From Moniliella sp. 'wahieum' (Eukaryota): 64,000 nucleotides of DNA. The translations under genes were made by a program, and so were the position numbers. Shown in pieces: positions 14,859 to 27,800 of the stretch; position 1 is the first letter of the stretch; each line of letters opens with the position of its first letter. The stretch covers positions 124,001 through 188,000 of the forward strand of contig RSEE01000080.1 of the NCBI GenBank assembly GCA_003971905.1. The letters run 5' to 3'. The notes under the pieces are model-generated. The model was not told the origin of the DNA. It made no database searches and saw only the letters and a program-made list of their open reading frames with translations.

Positions 14859-16128
14859 TCACAGGGTCCAAGGACGATGGAGGGAGAGGCCGAGAGTGTG
14901 ACAGTGGCCGAGAGAATCTGTTGCCGGGGGAGGATGGAGTCGCAGCTGACGGTATAAGGCCGACGTTAAAGAGTGGAGGAATGTACCCCATCTTACTTCA
15001 TCGGGCGCGTAGATGCAGTAAGCCATTCTGCGCTTCGTTCCACCCATCTTGCTGGTCCTGCAGCTGTGCCTCCTGGACACTGGCTGGGTCGTACTCGTCG
15101 TCCACGCCTCGGAGGTGGTGGAGGTGGTGTCGCTCCCGGTGGCGGAGCGGGTATCAATGTTGTCCACCCTACGTGCGGCTGCATGCAGGTACTCGGGCGC
15201 ACAGTCGAGCAGGATCAGTTTGCCATCCAAACTGACTGTTTGCCCCGCTGGGAAAAAGGTACGGCGCATGCCAACGTGCTTGGCATGCGCCCGCGCCAAC
15301 TTCTTGACGGCCTTTTTGTTCCTTGGCCGAGTGGCCCGGTGCCAACTGCGCCAGGTGGGCAGGAAGGACCGCCGTCCCGACCTGCGGAGAAGAAGAAGCA
15401 CCACCGTCCGCTGCGCCTGGGTCAAGCAGAGGTAGGCGAACTGCTTGCGGAGCTGGGTGCCCTGTTTGATGATCAGAATGCTTGAAGTATCCGGCGTATC
15501 GTCCGGGTTGGACTGCCACCCCTCCTCGCCGTCACATGAATCCGACGACGAGGACGAGTCTGAGCGTCCGATGCTCTGGAGGAGGCAGATTCGCGCACCA
15601 GACTCGGCGACAGCGACGCTTCCACATGCACATCGCATCCCAACGCCTTGGCCAGCGCTTGGCGGCCAGCGGTCGTCGAATACTCGAGCACGCGCCGCTG
15701 GTCAAAGTAGGGCACATCAGCCAGAGCTGCCTTGAGCTCCACCAGCGAACGCACCGGCTCAGCTGCGGCAGTTGCAACGCGGCGCTTGCCCTTGGGCGAC
15801 ACAGGTTGCGGCTGGGGTAGAATGAGCGTGACGATGTAATACGGCGCAAGGGACGCCATGAGTTGGAGCAGCGCATCGGTCTGCTGCTCCGACAAGACAA
15901 AGTCAGGAGGTAGCGAGAAGGACAGAGAGGGCGGTTGAGGCCCTTGCGTGGGAGCGCAGGCTCCGTGCGCTGGGCTCCGCGCGGTTGGCTGCCGGCGTCA
16001 GTGGGCCCCGGCGATGGGGGGGCGGTGGCCCAACGATACACCCCCCAGCCGGCGGTGGCAAGGGCGAGCACGGCGAGGGCAGCGCCAGCGTAGGCGCGGC
16101 GGCCGAGGGGACGGCGGCGCGGCGGCAT
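14859..16128 (-). CDS. Peroxin-22-like protein (N-terminal membrane anchor)
   Basis: Basic N-terminus plus TM segment (MPPRRRPLGRRAYAGAALAVLALATAGWGVYRW). RRVLEYSTTAGRQALAKALGCDVHVE resembles the plant/fungal Pex22 core motif. Frameshifted; 3' end approximate. Confidence 0.55.
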
Positions 16129-16321
16129 GGCACAGCAAGTGTGGTAGTGGTGGTCGCGGCGGCGGTGGTGGTGGCGGTGGCGGCGTGAAGGCGCCCACCG
16201 GCAACGCTGTTCCGGATGCGCACAAGGACGCGGGGCACGCGAGCGGCGAAAATGAAATATACCCTCCGCTCGGAGGCGTCGCGGTCGGCTCTCCGCGCCA
16301 TCAACCATCGTCGTCGTCGCC

Positions 16322-17570
16322 ATGTCGGGCGTGGACCCGGCGGCGCGCCCGCTCAAGTCGTTCGGATTGACCCATGTCCGCTACGAGCCCGGCGGCCCAA
16401 TCGGCCCTCTGATGGCGCTGGCCAGCCTGGCGCCGCAGTTCATCATGTGCGCCTACGCCACGCTCATCCTCTCGCGCCGCGAGCTCACCTGGCTCAACGC
16501 CTGCACCGCCCAGCTGGCCAACGAGGGCCTGAACTGGCTGCTCAAGCGCCTCTTGCGCATCCCTCGTCCCGCCTCCGCCACCCATCTGGGACGGCGGCAC
16601 CGGGTACGGCATGCCCTCGTCCCACTCCCAGTTCATGGGTTTCTTCGCCGCCTTCTTCCTTCTCCACCTCCACGCCCATCGCCCCCGCCCCTACCGACGG
16701 CCGATCACTGTCATCTCCATCGTGCGGCGCGCAGAGCACTACGCGTCGCAGGCGTTTGTGATCCTCCTGAGTGCCCTGACGGTCTTCTCGCGCTGGTTTT
16801 TGGGGTACCACTCGGTCGGGCAGGTGGTGGTGGGCCTGTCGCTGGGCCTGCTGGTGGGAAGTGTGTACTGGTATCTGACTGAAGTGGCCGCCGCCCACCC
16901 CATCATCCTGCCCTTTGAAACGGGGGTCGCCCCAAGTACCTGTTTGTGCCCCCTCGCAAGCGGGAGGCGGTGCGGCACGACAGCAGCAGCGCCTCGGCTA
17001 CGTTGGGCGCAGCTCGCTCTGGACCGACAGCCGCGATCGGCGTCCGTGTCGAGCGCCGAGTCGGTCCAGAGTCTGGTGTCGGCGCCGGCCGATGCGCCTA
17101 CGCCCCGCGACGGTGCGGCGAGCCCTCCACACAGCGCCGCAGACGCCTCGCCTCCTCCCGCCACACCGGATGAGCGGGGCGAGTTTCAGGATCCCTTCCG
17201 GCCCTCGTCGCGCACCAGCCCGCCCAAGCACCAAAGCCCCGTTCCCAGCCCCAAGGGCCGCACTTGCGAAACCGAAGATGTGGCGCCGGGCACAACTGCG
17301 TCGTCTCTCCTTTCGGTCGGGTTCTCGGCCGAGCTGGAACATGAGAGAGCGCCGCGGCGGCGGCGGCCGCGGACGCGTTACCCTTTCCCTGCGTTGCGGC
17401 AGCTGGTTCTCGACCATCCTATCGCGATTGCCCTGCGGCTGGGGACAGCTACCATGTCTGGCACGACGGCGGGCTGGAGGCCGACTATGGCCATTGGCGG
17501 ATGCAGTACGAAAAGCGCCAGGCGTGGGAGTGGGACGATCGAGACGAAGAGGACATTCGTCCGCAAGTGA
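16322..17570 (+). CDS. CAX4: Dolichyl-pyrophosphate phosphatase (PAP2 family, Cax4/Cwh8/DOLPP1 type) domain; appears to continue into the downstream deaminase
   Basis: N-terminal LKSFGLTHVRY. PAP2 motifs KRLLRIPRP, GYGMPSSHSQF and SRWFLGYHSVGQV. C-terminal HPIAIALRL(R)DS segment. Indels in G-runs at ~16588 and ~17441. Confidence 0.9.
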
Positions 17571-18130
17571 GCGGAACCGGGCCTCATCCGCCTCATCATC
17601 ATCCCCATCCCCATCACCATCACCACCACCATTCCCACACATCGTCTCGCATCCCTTCCCGCGCTCCGTCCCACCCGCCGTCCCGCATCCCATCGCCTTG
17701 CCCTGCCGTGGAGGAGAGTGCATCAAGCGCCCCGTCTGTCAAGGCGGGCCGGACGTACTACACGCCTGCCGGCACCCCACGCGGGTCGCACGCCTACGCC
17801 CCTGGGTCGGCGTATGCGCGTGCCTTGGCCGAAAAGTTGGCCCATCGGCGCAAGGCCCCTCGCCCTCCTTTTCTCCACCCCCCGTCCCGCGCACACCGGA
17901 ACCATGGGTGTCCACCCGTCCCGGCGCCCCTCGCTCCAACCCCCGATCTCGCTGCGCTTCTCAAGCCCTCGGCGGCCTCGACGCTGCAGCGTGCGAGCGA
18001 GCTTAGGGACGACAGCCACTCTGGCTTGCCGGCTCGGTCGGCCGACGAAATTAACCGGGTAGATTTAAGTTCCGCCGCCGTTCTCCCCGCTGGCTCCTCC
18101 GCTGCGCCCACCACCACCGCTACCGCCGCC

Positions 18131-18844
18131 ATGTCCTGGGACCAGCTCTCGCTGCCGAGCAGGCGACGCACGTCACATGGATGATCCGCTCGCTGCGCTA
18201 GCAGACCAGTGCGAACCAACGACGACCGCGTTCTGTGTCGGCTCGCTCCTGCGCCCTCGGGCGGCGCAAGGCGCCAGCGTGCTGGCCACGGGCTACTCGC
18301 GCGAATGCCCAGGCAACACCCATGCGGAACAATGTGTGCTGGACAAACTTGCTCACGCTATCGCTTCTGCGCCCGCTTCGTCTTCCTCCGAGCCGTCCCT
18401 CCCGGGCTCGGTACAGGACCTGGCATGCGACCTGTACACGACGATGGAACCGTGTTCGGAACGTCTGTCGGGCGCGAACCGTGCCTGCAGCGCATCCTCG
18501 CGTTCAATGCCGATCCACCCTTGGTTTCCGCCGCCCAGCTGGCCAGGTTGGGCGCCCCGGTCGCCACGGCCACTGCCACTGCGACCGCTACCATGTACCG
18601 GCTGCGCATCACGCGCGTCCTCCAAGGCGTGTCGGAACCGGACGACTTTGTGCAGTGTGTGGGGGCGCGCACGCTGCGCGAGGCGGGCGTCGAGGTGCTC
18701 TCTGTCCGACCCCTTTCTCCGCTCTCCATGCCCGAGGGAGAGGACTTTAGATGGCTCGAAAAGGAGTGCTTGCGGATCGCCAAGTTTGGTCATCCGGACC
18801 AGCCTACGGCCCAGGCCGGTGCAGAGGCGCTGTGGAAGGCGTAG
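18131..18844 (+). CDS. RIB2: Rib2-type pyrimidine (DRAP) deaminase domain, cytidine-deaminase fold, riboflavin biosynthesis
   Basis: TAFCVGS, LATGYSRECPGNTHAEQC (Zn-binding HAE at 18321-18329), LYTTMEPCSERLSG..PC and RVLQGVSEPDDFV match the Rib2 deaminase domain. No pseudouridine-synthase domain upstream. Confidence 0.88.
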
Positions 18845-19048
18845 CTGATCTGTTCCCCTGGTCGGGTGGTCGGGTGGTCGCTGGGTCGCCGGGTCGCCGG
18901 GTCGATGGTGTGCGCGCTTAGATGATGGTTTTTGTCTCTGCTATTCCTCCATGTACATAGCTCTATCCATTCCCAGCATGTTTTTAGGGTGAACCCAGGA
19001 GAGGGCTAGGGAACTACTGCAGGGGTGCATCGGACAAACAAGCACAAA

Positions 19049-21072
19049 TTACCAGGCACAAGGAAGGGGGGGGGGGGATGCAAGCGCGGGAGCTCTCGGT
19101 CCATTGTCGCTCCAAGAGAGACAAGGAGAGAACCAAGACGGACAAGACAACGAGTAAAGAAAAGGAGAACCCGGCGGCAGCAGTACAGGATCAACTACGG
19201 AGCAGAGGGCACCTCGTCCGCACGGCTTGGGTTTCTTGCTGCTGCGGGGTTTGAGATCGGCGAGCCATTCAGGGTGGCCGCGTTGAAAGCGCGGGTGGGC
19301 AAAACAATTGTGCGGGCCATAGAGCGTGGCGGCGGTCAAACCCGGTGTCAAGGCCACCGCGCTAGCCAAGGCAGCGGTAGCATCGGCGTGCCGCTGAGCT
19401 GCTAGCGCCGGTCCGTTTCTTGTTCGGCCTTGGCTTGGGTGAGCAGCACAGCTTCCGCGGCCGCTTTGGCCTTGGGCGCAGCCGCAGCAGCCAGCAGGTT
19501 CTTGCTCACTGCTAGGTCCACCTCGGCAGGATCAAGAGGCCGGTGGGGGAGATGCGTTGGAAAGCGTACAACTGCGAATGCAACGGTAAGGTCAGTAAGT
19601 ACTGTGGGTTGCCTTTGCGCGCTGTTGGTTTCAGCACGACGGGAAGGGGGACGGACATTAAGTTGTCGGACAAAGGAGGCAATGTTGTTGTGACGATAGA
19701 GGGTGGGAAGGACAAGGGAAGCGAACTCGTTGCTGGTAGCCGTATCCGCCGCAATGAGGATCTTGTCGCCGGCATGAGACCAGGAGATGTACTTGTGATA
19801 CAAGGCAGGCGTGTCAAGCATGTACCACAACTTGGTCACAAACGCTGCACATTTGCATTGCCCATTTGGGACCGGATGGCATACGCGGCCTTGACGGCCG
19901 ACGAGCAGTGGGGACTCTTGAAGGTTCGGAGGATGGGGAGTCGGGTGCCCAGTGGTTGCTGGAATCTGCGGGGGCAATGTGTCGGCCGGCAAATCTGTAT
20001 CGGTTAGGCTGTCAACGGAGATGGAATCAGTATCGGCCTCCTTGTTGGGTACCCGCGGCGGGGCAAAGAAGGTAGCTGAGGGGCTGAGGGACCAAGAGCG
20101 CGAAGAGAACGGGACAAGGCCGAAGGTCCAGGTGGGGAAAGGGTGGGGCCCCTGATAGTGTGAGCTGAGGTAGGTCCACTGCGGTTCCTGCGGTACCCAA
20201 GTGGCGCGAGGGATGTGTGTCCATCCTCGGGCCTGTTGCCATCGTCGGGATGCGATATGCACACCGGCACCTCTTCATCTGTCTCATCGCCATCGGCGGA
20301 GAGGGTATAGGATGCCGATCCGTACGAGCCGACGAGAATGCTGGCGGCAGCGGCAGCCTCGGCGTCTTCGGCTGTTAGCTCTGCAGCCGAGGGCGAGGAA
20401 GGGAAAGGGGTGGGGCGGGCATGGGAGGAGTAGCGGCGACCGGCCAAGGCAGACGAGTAGGGTGCCGAGTGAGCAAACGTATGGCGCGGTGTCTTTGCGG
20501 TAGATCCAGGACGGAGGCGCAAGCGATCCACGCTCGAGGGGGGCGATCCGAAGTGGGGGGAGCGTAGGCTGCGCGACAGGGTGAGGGAGGTGCGCCGCGG
20601 AACGGAAGAGGCAAGAGGTGTTCCGATGCTGGAGGCAAAGTGTGCATGGTCCGGCGACATGGACAGAGACAAGCGTGGCGGTCCGCCCGACACGGAAGCG
20701 AAGGCGGGCGCTGGAGCCAAGGCTAAGGCCGACATGGCCAGGGTGGGGGGGAGCGGGGAGAGAAGGAGTGGCGTGCGTCGTCCGTGTCGTCATCGGCAGC
20801 AAAGAAGCCGTCGTGGTCGTCGGGCTCGATCTGCATGCCCTCCATGCCATACTCGAGCGCATCGACGTCGTTGCCGCGGAGGGCCGAGGTTTCGAAGCGG
20901 CGGCCGAGGGGGGCGGCGGGCGGGACGGGGCGGGGGCGGGGGGAGCGGGCAAAGATGGGGAGGGCGGGGCGAGGGGGAGGGACGGCGCAGGGGCAGGGCC
21001 GGTGCTGCCGGCGGGGCGGCGGAGGGTGGGGAGGGGGATGGCGGCGCTGGCGGGGGGGCTGGTGGCGTCCAT
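19049..21072 (-). CDS. HSF-type DNA-binding domain transcription factor (domain near C-terminus)
   Basis: AFVTKLWYML...ISWS...FASLVLPTLYRHNNIASFVRQLN, then an intron (~19655-19572), then LYAFQRI, and FAHPRFQRG further on. Low-complexity N-terminus. Boundaries approximate. Confidence 0.85.
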
Positions 21073-21855
21073 GGGGTGGGGTGGTGGTGGAGGAGGAGGA
21101 GCGGCGAGGAGCGGCTACGCGAGGCCAGCAAGGAGCACAGCACGCAAGGCACGCAACGAAGGCACGCAGCCCAAGCGAGGCGCCCAGCCGTGCATGTCAC
21201 TTCTTCGTGCCACGTGATGCTGTGACGCGTGGCGGCCGTGCGCGCCACACTGGCGCCGTGGGAGCGCCCGGGGCAGGGGAGCGAGGAGCGCGCCGCGCCG
21301 CTGCGAGCTGTCGCTTATCCGAGTCCATCATCCATTCCCGGATTACCCATTATCCATTATCGCCGCGTCGCCAACCCTACCTGCCCCCTCATCCACCCCG
21401 CGCCCATCTTTCCCCTCTCGGGACACAATCGAAGCAGAGTCGAGGACGACGATGGAACCGATGAGGACGCTGATGGTGGGCTATGTGCTGCCGCTGCCCC
21501 TCCCAAGTGTGCTAAGAGATGGTTTGCAGTCAAGTGACAGTCGCTAGTCAGGGAGTCAGCTAGTCAGCCCTCAGGCTCAGGCCCCTGAGCCTCAGGCCAC
21601 AGGCCAGTCAGGCAATCGGATCCCCCTCGGATCCCCACTCGGCCCCAACCCAGCCTTGCACGTCCTCCGGCTGAGGCCTCACATTCACACGCGCACGCCC
21701 TCACGCCTCACATGCTCACATGTCACACGCACATGTCACACGCCCCCCGCCCCCGCTGGTGGAGGTAATGCGGCCCGCCGCCCCGGCCGCCGGTCCGCCC
21801 AGCCGAGGCGACGCGGCCACAGCTGCCGCATTCCCATTCCCACTCGCATTCACAT

Positions 21856-24800
21856 TCAACCCCCGCCGACGCCGACGCCGGCATAGTTGCCCGCCAGGCC
21901 GTACGCGCCGTTGCTCGCATACCCGTACCCCCCGTGCGGCAGCGGCACCCCCAACGTAGCTGTGGCTGTGGTGTGGCTGTGTCCGCTGTGGGCCGGGTGC
22001 GAGGGCGCGACGAGCGTGCCCGGGACAAGCGCCTGGTACGAGCACCATCCCCGTCGATGGGACGGCCGCGCTGGCGTTTGCATTTGCGCTTGCGCTTGCG
22101 TTTGCGTTGGCGTTTGCACTCGTGCCCGTCGGCGTGATAGATATGTGGCTCTGCACCGAATGGCCGTGGGAGGAGATGGAGGAAGGACGGGGGGACTGGG
22201 TTCGCGGGCGGGCGACGGGGCTGGAGCTGCGGACGCGGTACCCTTCGCCCGGCTGACTCAGTAGGCCCGAGCCCGACGATCCTTGGCGGGCCGGAACGAC
22301 GGGCATGGGGGGGTACATGTACCCCGTCCCGCCGCGCTCGACCGAGCCGGGGCCATTGCCATTGCCATTGCCGTTGCCGTTGCCTGCGCTGCCTCCGGCG
22401 CCCTGGGCAATCCCAGTCATGGAGGAAGACGAACGGAGTTGACGCAGGTTGGGCGAGGAGAGACCCTGGTGCATGGTAACGATGCTGGCAGCCAAACTGG
22501 CGCCAGCACTGGGGGCCCGGCCGAAGAAGAGAAGGAGGGTGCCATGTCGGGGTGGCTGGGAGGGGCCAAGGAATGTCCGCCCACGGTCGATTGCGACCCA
22601 GAGTGTGCATCGGCGGGGAAAAGGGTGGGCGAAGACAGGGCATAGCCGGTTTGGCCAGAAGGAACAAGAGGTGGGTACGTGGGTTGATTGTGTGGTTGGC
22701 TCGGGACAAGCGAACCGGTCGACTGGTGGCCGACAGAGCGACCCGTGTAGCTCCCCTCAGGCGAGGCAATCGTCTTGCCTCGTATCCTGCCCGCGTTCGA
22801 AACCGACCGTCCAAGACCAGCCCCGGGTGGCGGCAGGGCCAAAGTAGAGGAGGAAGCCATGGCCACACTGGCAATGCCACCGGGAGCCAGATACTTTTCG
22901 GCGCATTTACGCAACAAGTCGCGTGCACTGCCCGTGCCCGCTAGACTCAGCAGCTCGGCATCCTCCAACGGTGCCGTAAACTCCTTGGGGACAACCCAGA
23001 ACAGCTCTTGTTGTTGCAAAATGGTGAGCACCACATCGTTCGCCGGCAGGCCGTCGAACGGTCCTCGGGCGCAGTGGCAGAGCGCCGAGAGTACAACAGA
23101 TTGGGTCCCAGTACCGTAGCCAAATTGATCAAATCCATCCGCGAGCCCGATTCGCCATCAATCTTTTCGAAATTGGCCACCCACTTGATGAACGTAAACA
23201 GCTCTTCCATCGTGTCCCGGTGCGAGACAGGGAGGAGTAAGCTCACATATCGCAGGGCCCGGATTCGCTCTTGACGGTTTTCCATCTCTTGCGCGGCCAT
23301 GTAGAGCGGGTAGAGTCGGAACGTGAGCAACGGATCCGGCAGCTCACGCAGGAATCGCTTCAAGAGTGCTGCCAGCTGGACAACGTTGTCGTCGAGCATC
23401 GAGGACTTAAACGAGCCCCCCCGGTCCACTAGATCAGCAACCTCCTTCAGTTTACGAATGTTGCCGTTTTTACGGAAGATGCCCTCCACACTCGGGTCTG
23501 TCATAGTACACGCATTGGTCAGCCAATCGGATCCGACCCATCAAAAAGAAGAGGACCACGTACCCAAATAACGCATCGCGACCATCAGTTCATCCAGCAA
23601 CGTGGGGACCTTGAGGTTAACTTGAGTTGACGTCGACAAATCTCCGTGCCATGGTTGGTAATGAGCGTCGAGAGAGGTACGCCAAAGATGGCCCCACCAC
23701 CGCGCTTGTGGGTTGCTTTGGGCTTCTGGAAAAACTTGCCCCAAAAGTTGCCTTTGCGTGGCTCGGACGAATCCAGCACAAAGTCCTCTGAACCCAAGAA
23801 CTCCTCTACGTTGACCTGCGCCCGCAGTTCGGGCGTGGCCACACCGCTCGGGAACGATTCCTGCCCACTCGTCTTTTCCCCGGCAGGCCAGTCCAGCTTG
23901 GGATCCGCCCCGTCGCCAGAGAATGACTTGGCGAGTTTGCCTCGTGGCGCGAGGGAAACGCCCGTGTCGGTAAGAAGGCAAGCAAGGGCCATGCACTTGA
24001 CGACCAACCGCTGCTCCGAAGAGAGCGCGGCAATTGGCATATTAACCCATCTTGTTCCGAAACCACATCCAGCTGGTTCGTCACATCGTCCAAATTCATC
24101 GGTGGCTCGGGTGGCTCGATCCCAATAGGATCCCCCATATTGTCATCTTGGATCTGCACTTGCGTCGCGCGGCCCCACGCCGGGTGCATGGACTGTGCCT
24201 CCATCGTGGGGGGCGGGGGAGGACCTTTTCGGTTCGATCGGTCGAGTAGGAACGATCGCCCATCCCCATTCCCGAGCCCGGAGACACGCTCCTTCGTCCC
24301 ATACCCGCACCAGGAGGGGAAAGCAGCTTCTCTCTGCCCTGGGCCGAGGGATTCGGGGACCGGTTTTGGCCAGGTGGAATAGGTTGGGAGAAGTAATCTC
24401 CACCAGCACCGGCCATCCCTGTAGAAGAGGGTTGAGGGCTGGGAAAGGCTTGTGGCGTTCCGGTTGCCACCCCCGTGGTTTTACCCGTGGGGCCCCCGAT
24501 AACCGTGGAAATGTGAGGCACCTTGGCCTTCGAGTCGACCTTGCGATCCAGCGAGAGGTTCGAGCGGGCCGTGCGCCGGCGCACGTGGCCCTCCATGGAA
24601 TTGATTGATGTTGCACTTGTCGCAGTGGCTGATCGAGTCAACCCCCCTGTGTCCGGTGCAAGCAGCTGCTCACCTGTTGGCTGATGGGCTCCAACTTCTA
24701 CTGCAGCTTGGCTGGCAGCGGATCTGGGGTCAGTCAAAGAAGCGGAAGCCGGAGGCCAGTAGATCATTGCACGCCGTTTCAGCTGTAAAAACAGACGCGT

Positions 24801-27800
24801 CAGGGCCACCCGGAGCAGGAATGTGTACTGTTCCAGACGGGTAATGCGGACCACTCCACGAAGTGGGCGCACCCGTGGCGTGTTCGCACTCGGCACACAA
24901 CGGTACATAGCTCATTCCGTGAGACGGCTTGGACGAAGACGAGCTACCCTGCCCTGTAGGAGCAGGGGGCAGGATGGTGTCCCCCCGTGGACGCGGAGTG
25001 GGATCCGAAGGTGCCGTGGGTTTAGATGTCCACCGCCGAGTCTCAACCCCAAACCGGTCTACTGGCCACGCCTCCGGGGCGCCGTCAATCGACTTGGTGA
25101 AGGCGACGATACGTAGCTCTGCTGACTGATCTGCGGTCGGCTGCGTTGAGGTCGGGCCTGCGGCGGATGAGGCGGAGCGCTCGCCTCTGTCTTTCTTGGG
25201 CACCCAGCCTGTAGTGGGACGGGTGCACTTCTCACAGCGGAAGCACGACAGATGCCAACGAGTCTTGTTGTTGAGCGCAAAGCACTCCTCCTCCACCGTT
25301 TGGTGGCAAAAAGCGCATAGGTCTGTAGCTCCCGCTCCCGAGCGCGACTTGGAGGAGGAAGCCATACCGGTGGTAGGACGCCAAGGAGCATCACGCGGAA
25401 TGGTGGTGTAGCCACAGCCAATGTCCTTACCCTCACTTTCCTTGGGGGGGACACCCGTCCCATTGCCCAGTTCTTCGAGGCAGACGAGCTGATCAAGGAA
25501 CTTGTCAAACACGGCTTTGTCGTTGAGGCGTACTGCACCCATGAGCGCAAGACGGATCAGCATCTTGAGATATTGGGCCATACCCGTGATAAGCGGGATC
25601 AGTTCTTGAGTCAAGGCGATAGGATTCCGATAGTGGGGCGTCGCAGCGGAACCCCCAGCGGCAGGGTTAGGCGACGAGGTCGCTGCATCTGAGGAGGGCG
25701 GGGGCGGGCGAGAGAGAATACTGAAAAAGTTGACAATTTTCTTACAAAGCATACGAGCCTCCCGTAGCGGGATCAGACCCGTAGGTTTCCTCGGCGCTTG
25801 AGAGTCGTCACCAGGGGCGGGTAGAGCGCGTGGGGCACCATCAGATGGCTGGTACGAAGTCCTGTCCTCGTCTTGAGACGGAGGATTAAGCTCGCGCGAG
25901 CGCTCGTCCAGCTTGTCAATGGCAGCAAAGAGCACCTCAACGTGGAAGACAATCTTGTCAGCCATGTTAATCCCACCCAGAAAATTGCCTGCGGCAACCA
26001 TACGCTGCATGTTGGAGATGCAAGAGGCCGACGACTCCTCGAACCCGGACAACACAGTCCAAACCCGCAACACCCGTTCTTCCATCGCCTTTTGCTTCGC
26101 TTTGAGTGACTCGGGTGTCTCGGACTTCTCCAGTTTGAGCGCTCGCTGCATTACTACAGGGTTCATGCCGAAATCAGCCATGTCCTTGGGTTCGTCTTCA
26201 CTAGACGTAATTGCCAAGACCGTCCCATCAGCCGACTCTCCCTCAAGTTCGAGCTGGCCAGCCACAGGGGAATCTAGGCCGTTGGGCGAAAGCTTGACGT
26301 TCCAAAACTGTGAAGAAGGGGATCAGTATCGGTAAACTAGGCCGCTGGGTGTGGGGAGAAGGGATTGAAGAGGGAAGGGCGTACCTTGTTGATCATGTAG
26401 CATTCGGGGTGCCACGTCTCGGTGTGGCCATTACGGACAAACTCGACAAACTGGCGTAGAATGGCGGTCTTGCACCCCTCGCAGGCCACAGCAAAGCGTG
26501 TCGAGTAGTGAAAGTGACAGTAGACCTTCTTGTCATGCTCGTAGTAGGCATCACGCGGACCAAAGACAACATCGCACAGCGAGCAAGTAAAGTGTTCAAT
26601 GTGGAACTTTTGGTTCAGGGCAGTGATGTAGGACCCGCGCAGAGCGTTGCCACATTTGGCGCAGATCAACGAAAGTCGGCGGAAATAATCGCGCTCGCAC
26701 AATGCATACCTCTCTCCCGTCTTGTTGTCCGGGTCGTTGGGGAAGAACTTGGAAGCCACATTCACACCGCAGTCACGGCAACAAAAACAGTCATAGTGGT
26801 ACACTGTACCTAGTGCCCGCACAAACTGCCCGCTCATTCGCTTGCCACAGCCGGCACAGTGGGTCACCCGGCTCGAGTTTTTGGGGCGCGACTTGTTACG
26901 GGAGGGGTCGCGACGATCCTGATCGTCCCGGTCCTCGCGACGCTCCCCGGATGAACCATTCCCAGTAGCGTCGCCCGAGTTGGAAGGAGGGAGACGGGAG
27001 CCCGAGCCGCTTTGGTCGCCAGTACCGCGGCTTCCGGTGGGATAGAAAGGGTCGCGCGAGGGAGGATGACCGTTGCTTGTCGAAACAACTTGAACGGGGG
27101 GAAGCGCATCCAGGGCAGTGGAGCAACAATCACCCAGGTGGTGTGTGAATATCCGCTGGACGACCCTGCGGCCAGAGAGGGCCAGGGATCTGCCGAGACA
27201 AGTGCGGCACTCGTAGGCGCAGCGGGCCTCCGGACCAGGCATTGAGACGAGGACTCGCGCCTGTTCTCACGGCTGGACTCGGATCGCCTGGCGGGCGCTC
27301 TGGGAAACGAAGACGGGCTGATAGGATGGGACGGAAAGGTGCATGGCTGCTCAATTTCAGGCGATGAAGTGGTGAGCATGGGCACCAAAAATGTCGAACG
27401 CCCCGACGGCAAATCAGTACGGTAGCTCTCGGCTGACGAGCAGGGTCCAAGCCATGGGATGGTAGGGGTAAAAGACGGGGAGAGAGAGCGGATTGGAAGG
27501 CGCCATCGAGGTGGGCGGCGAAAGGGGGCGTGAGTGATTGGGGGTTGAAGGTCGTTGCAGCTCCAAGGGAAGGGGGTTGGACATGGGGTACGTAGTAGGT
27601 GAAGAAGGATGGGAATCAGCGGATAGAGAAGGTCGCGCGTGAGGGGGTGGTAAAGCGACACGGATCGGAGGCTGGTGTCGGACGGCAGCGGGCTACTGAC
27701 CCTGCCGTGTTCTCTCGCCAGGCTGCTGCTTCGACGGGCAGCACGTGGGGCATAGTCGAACGAAGACGCCTCCGAAGCACTGCTGGCACGATCGGGAGTC

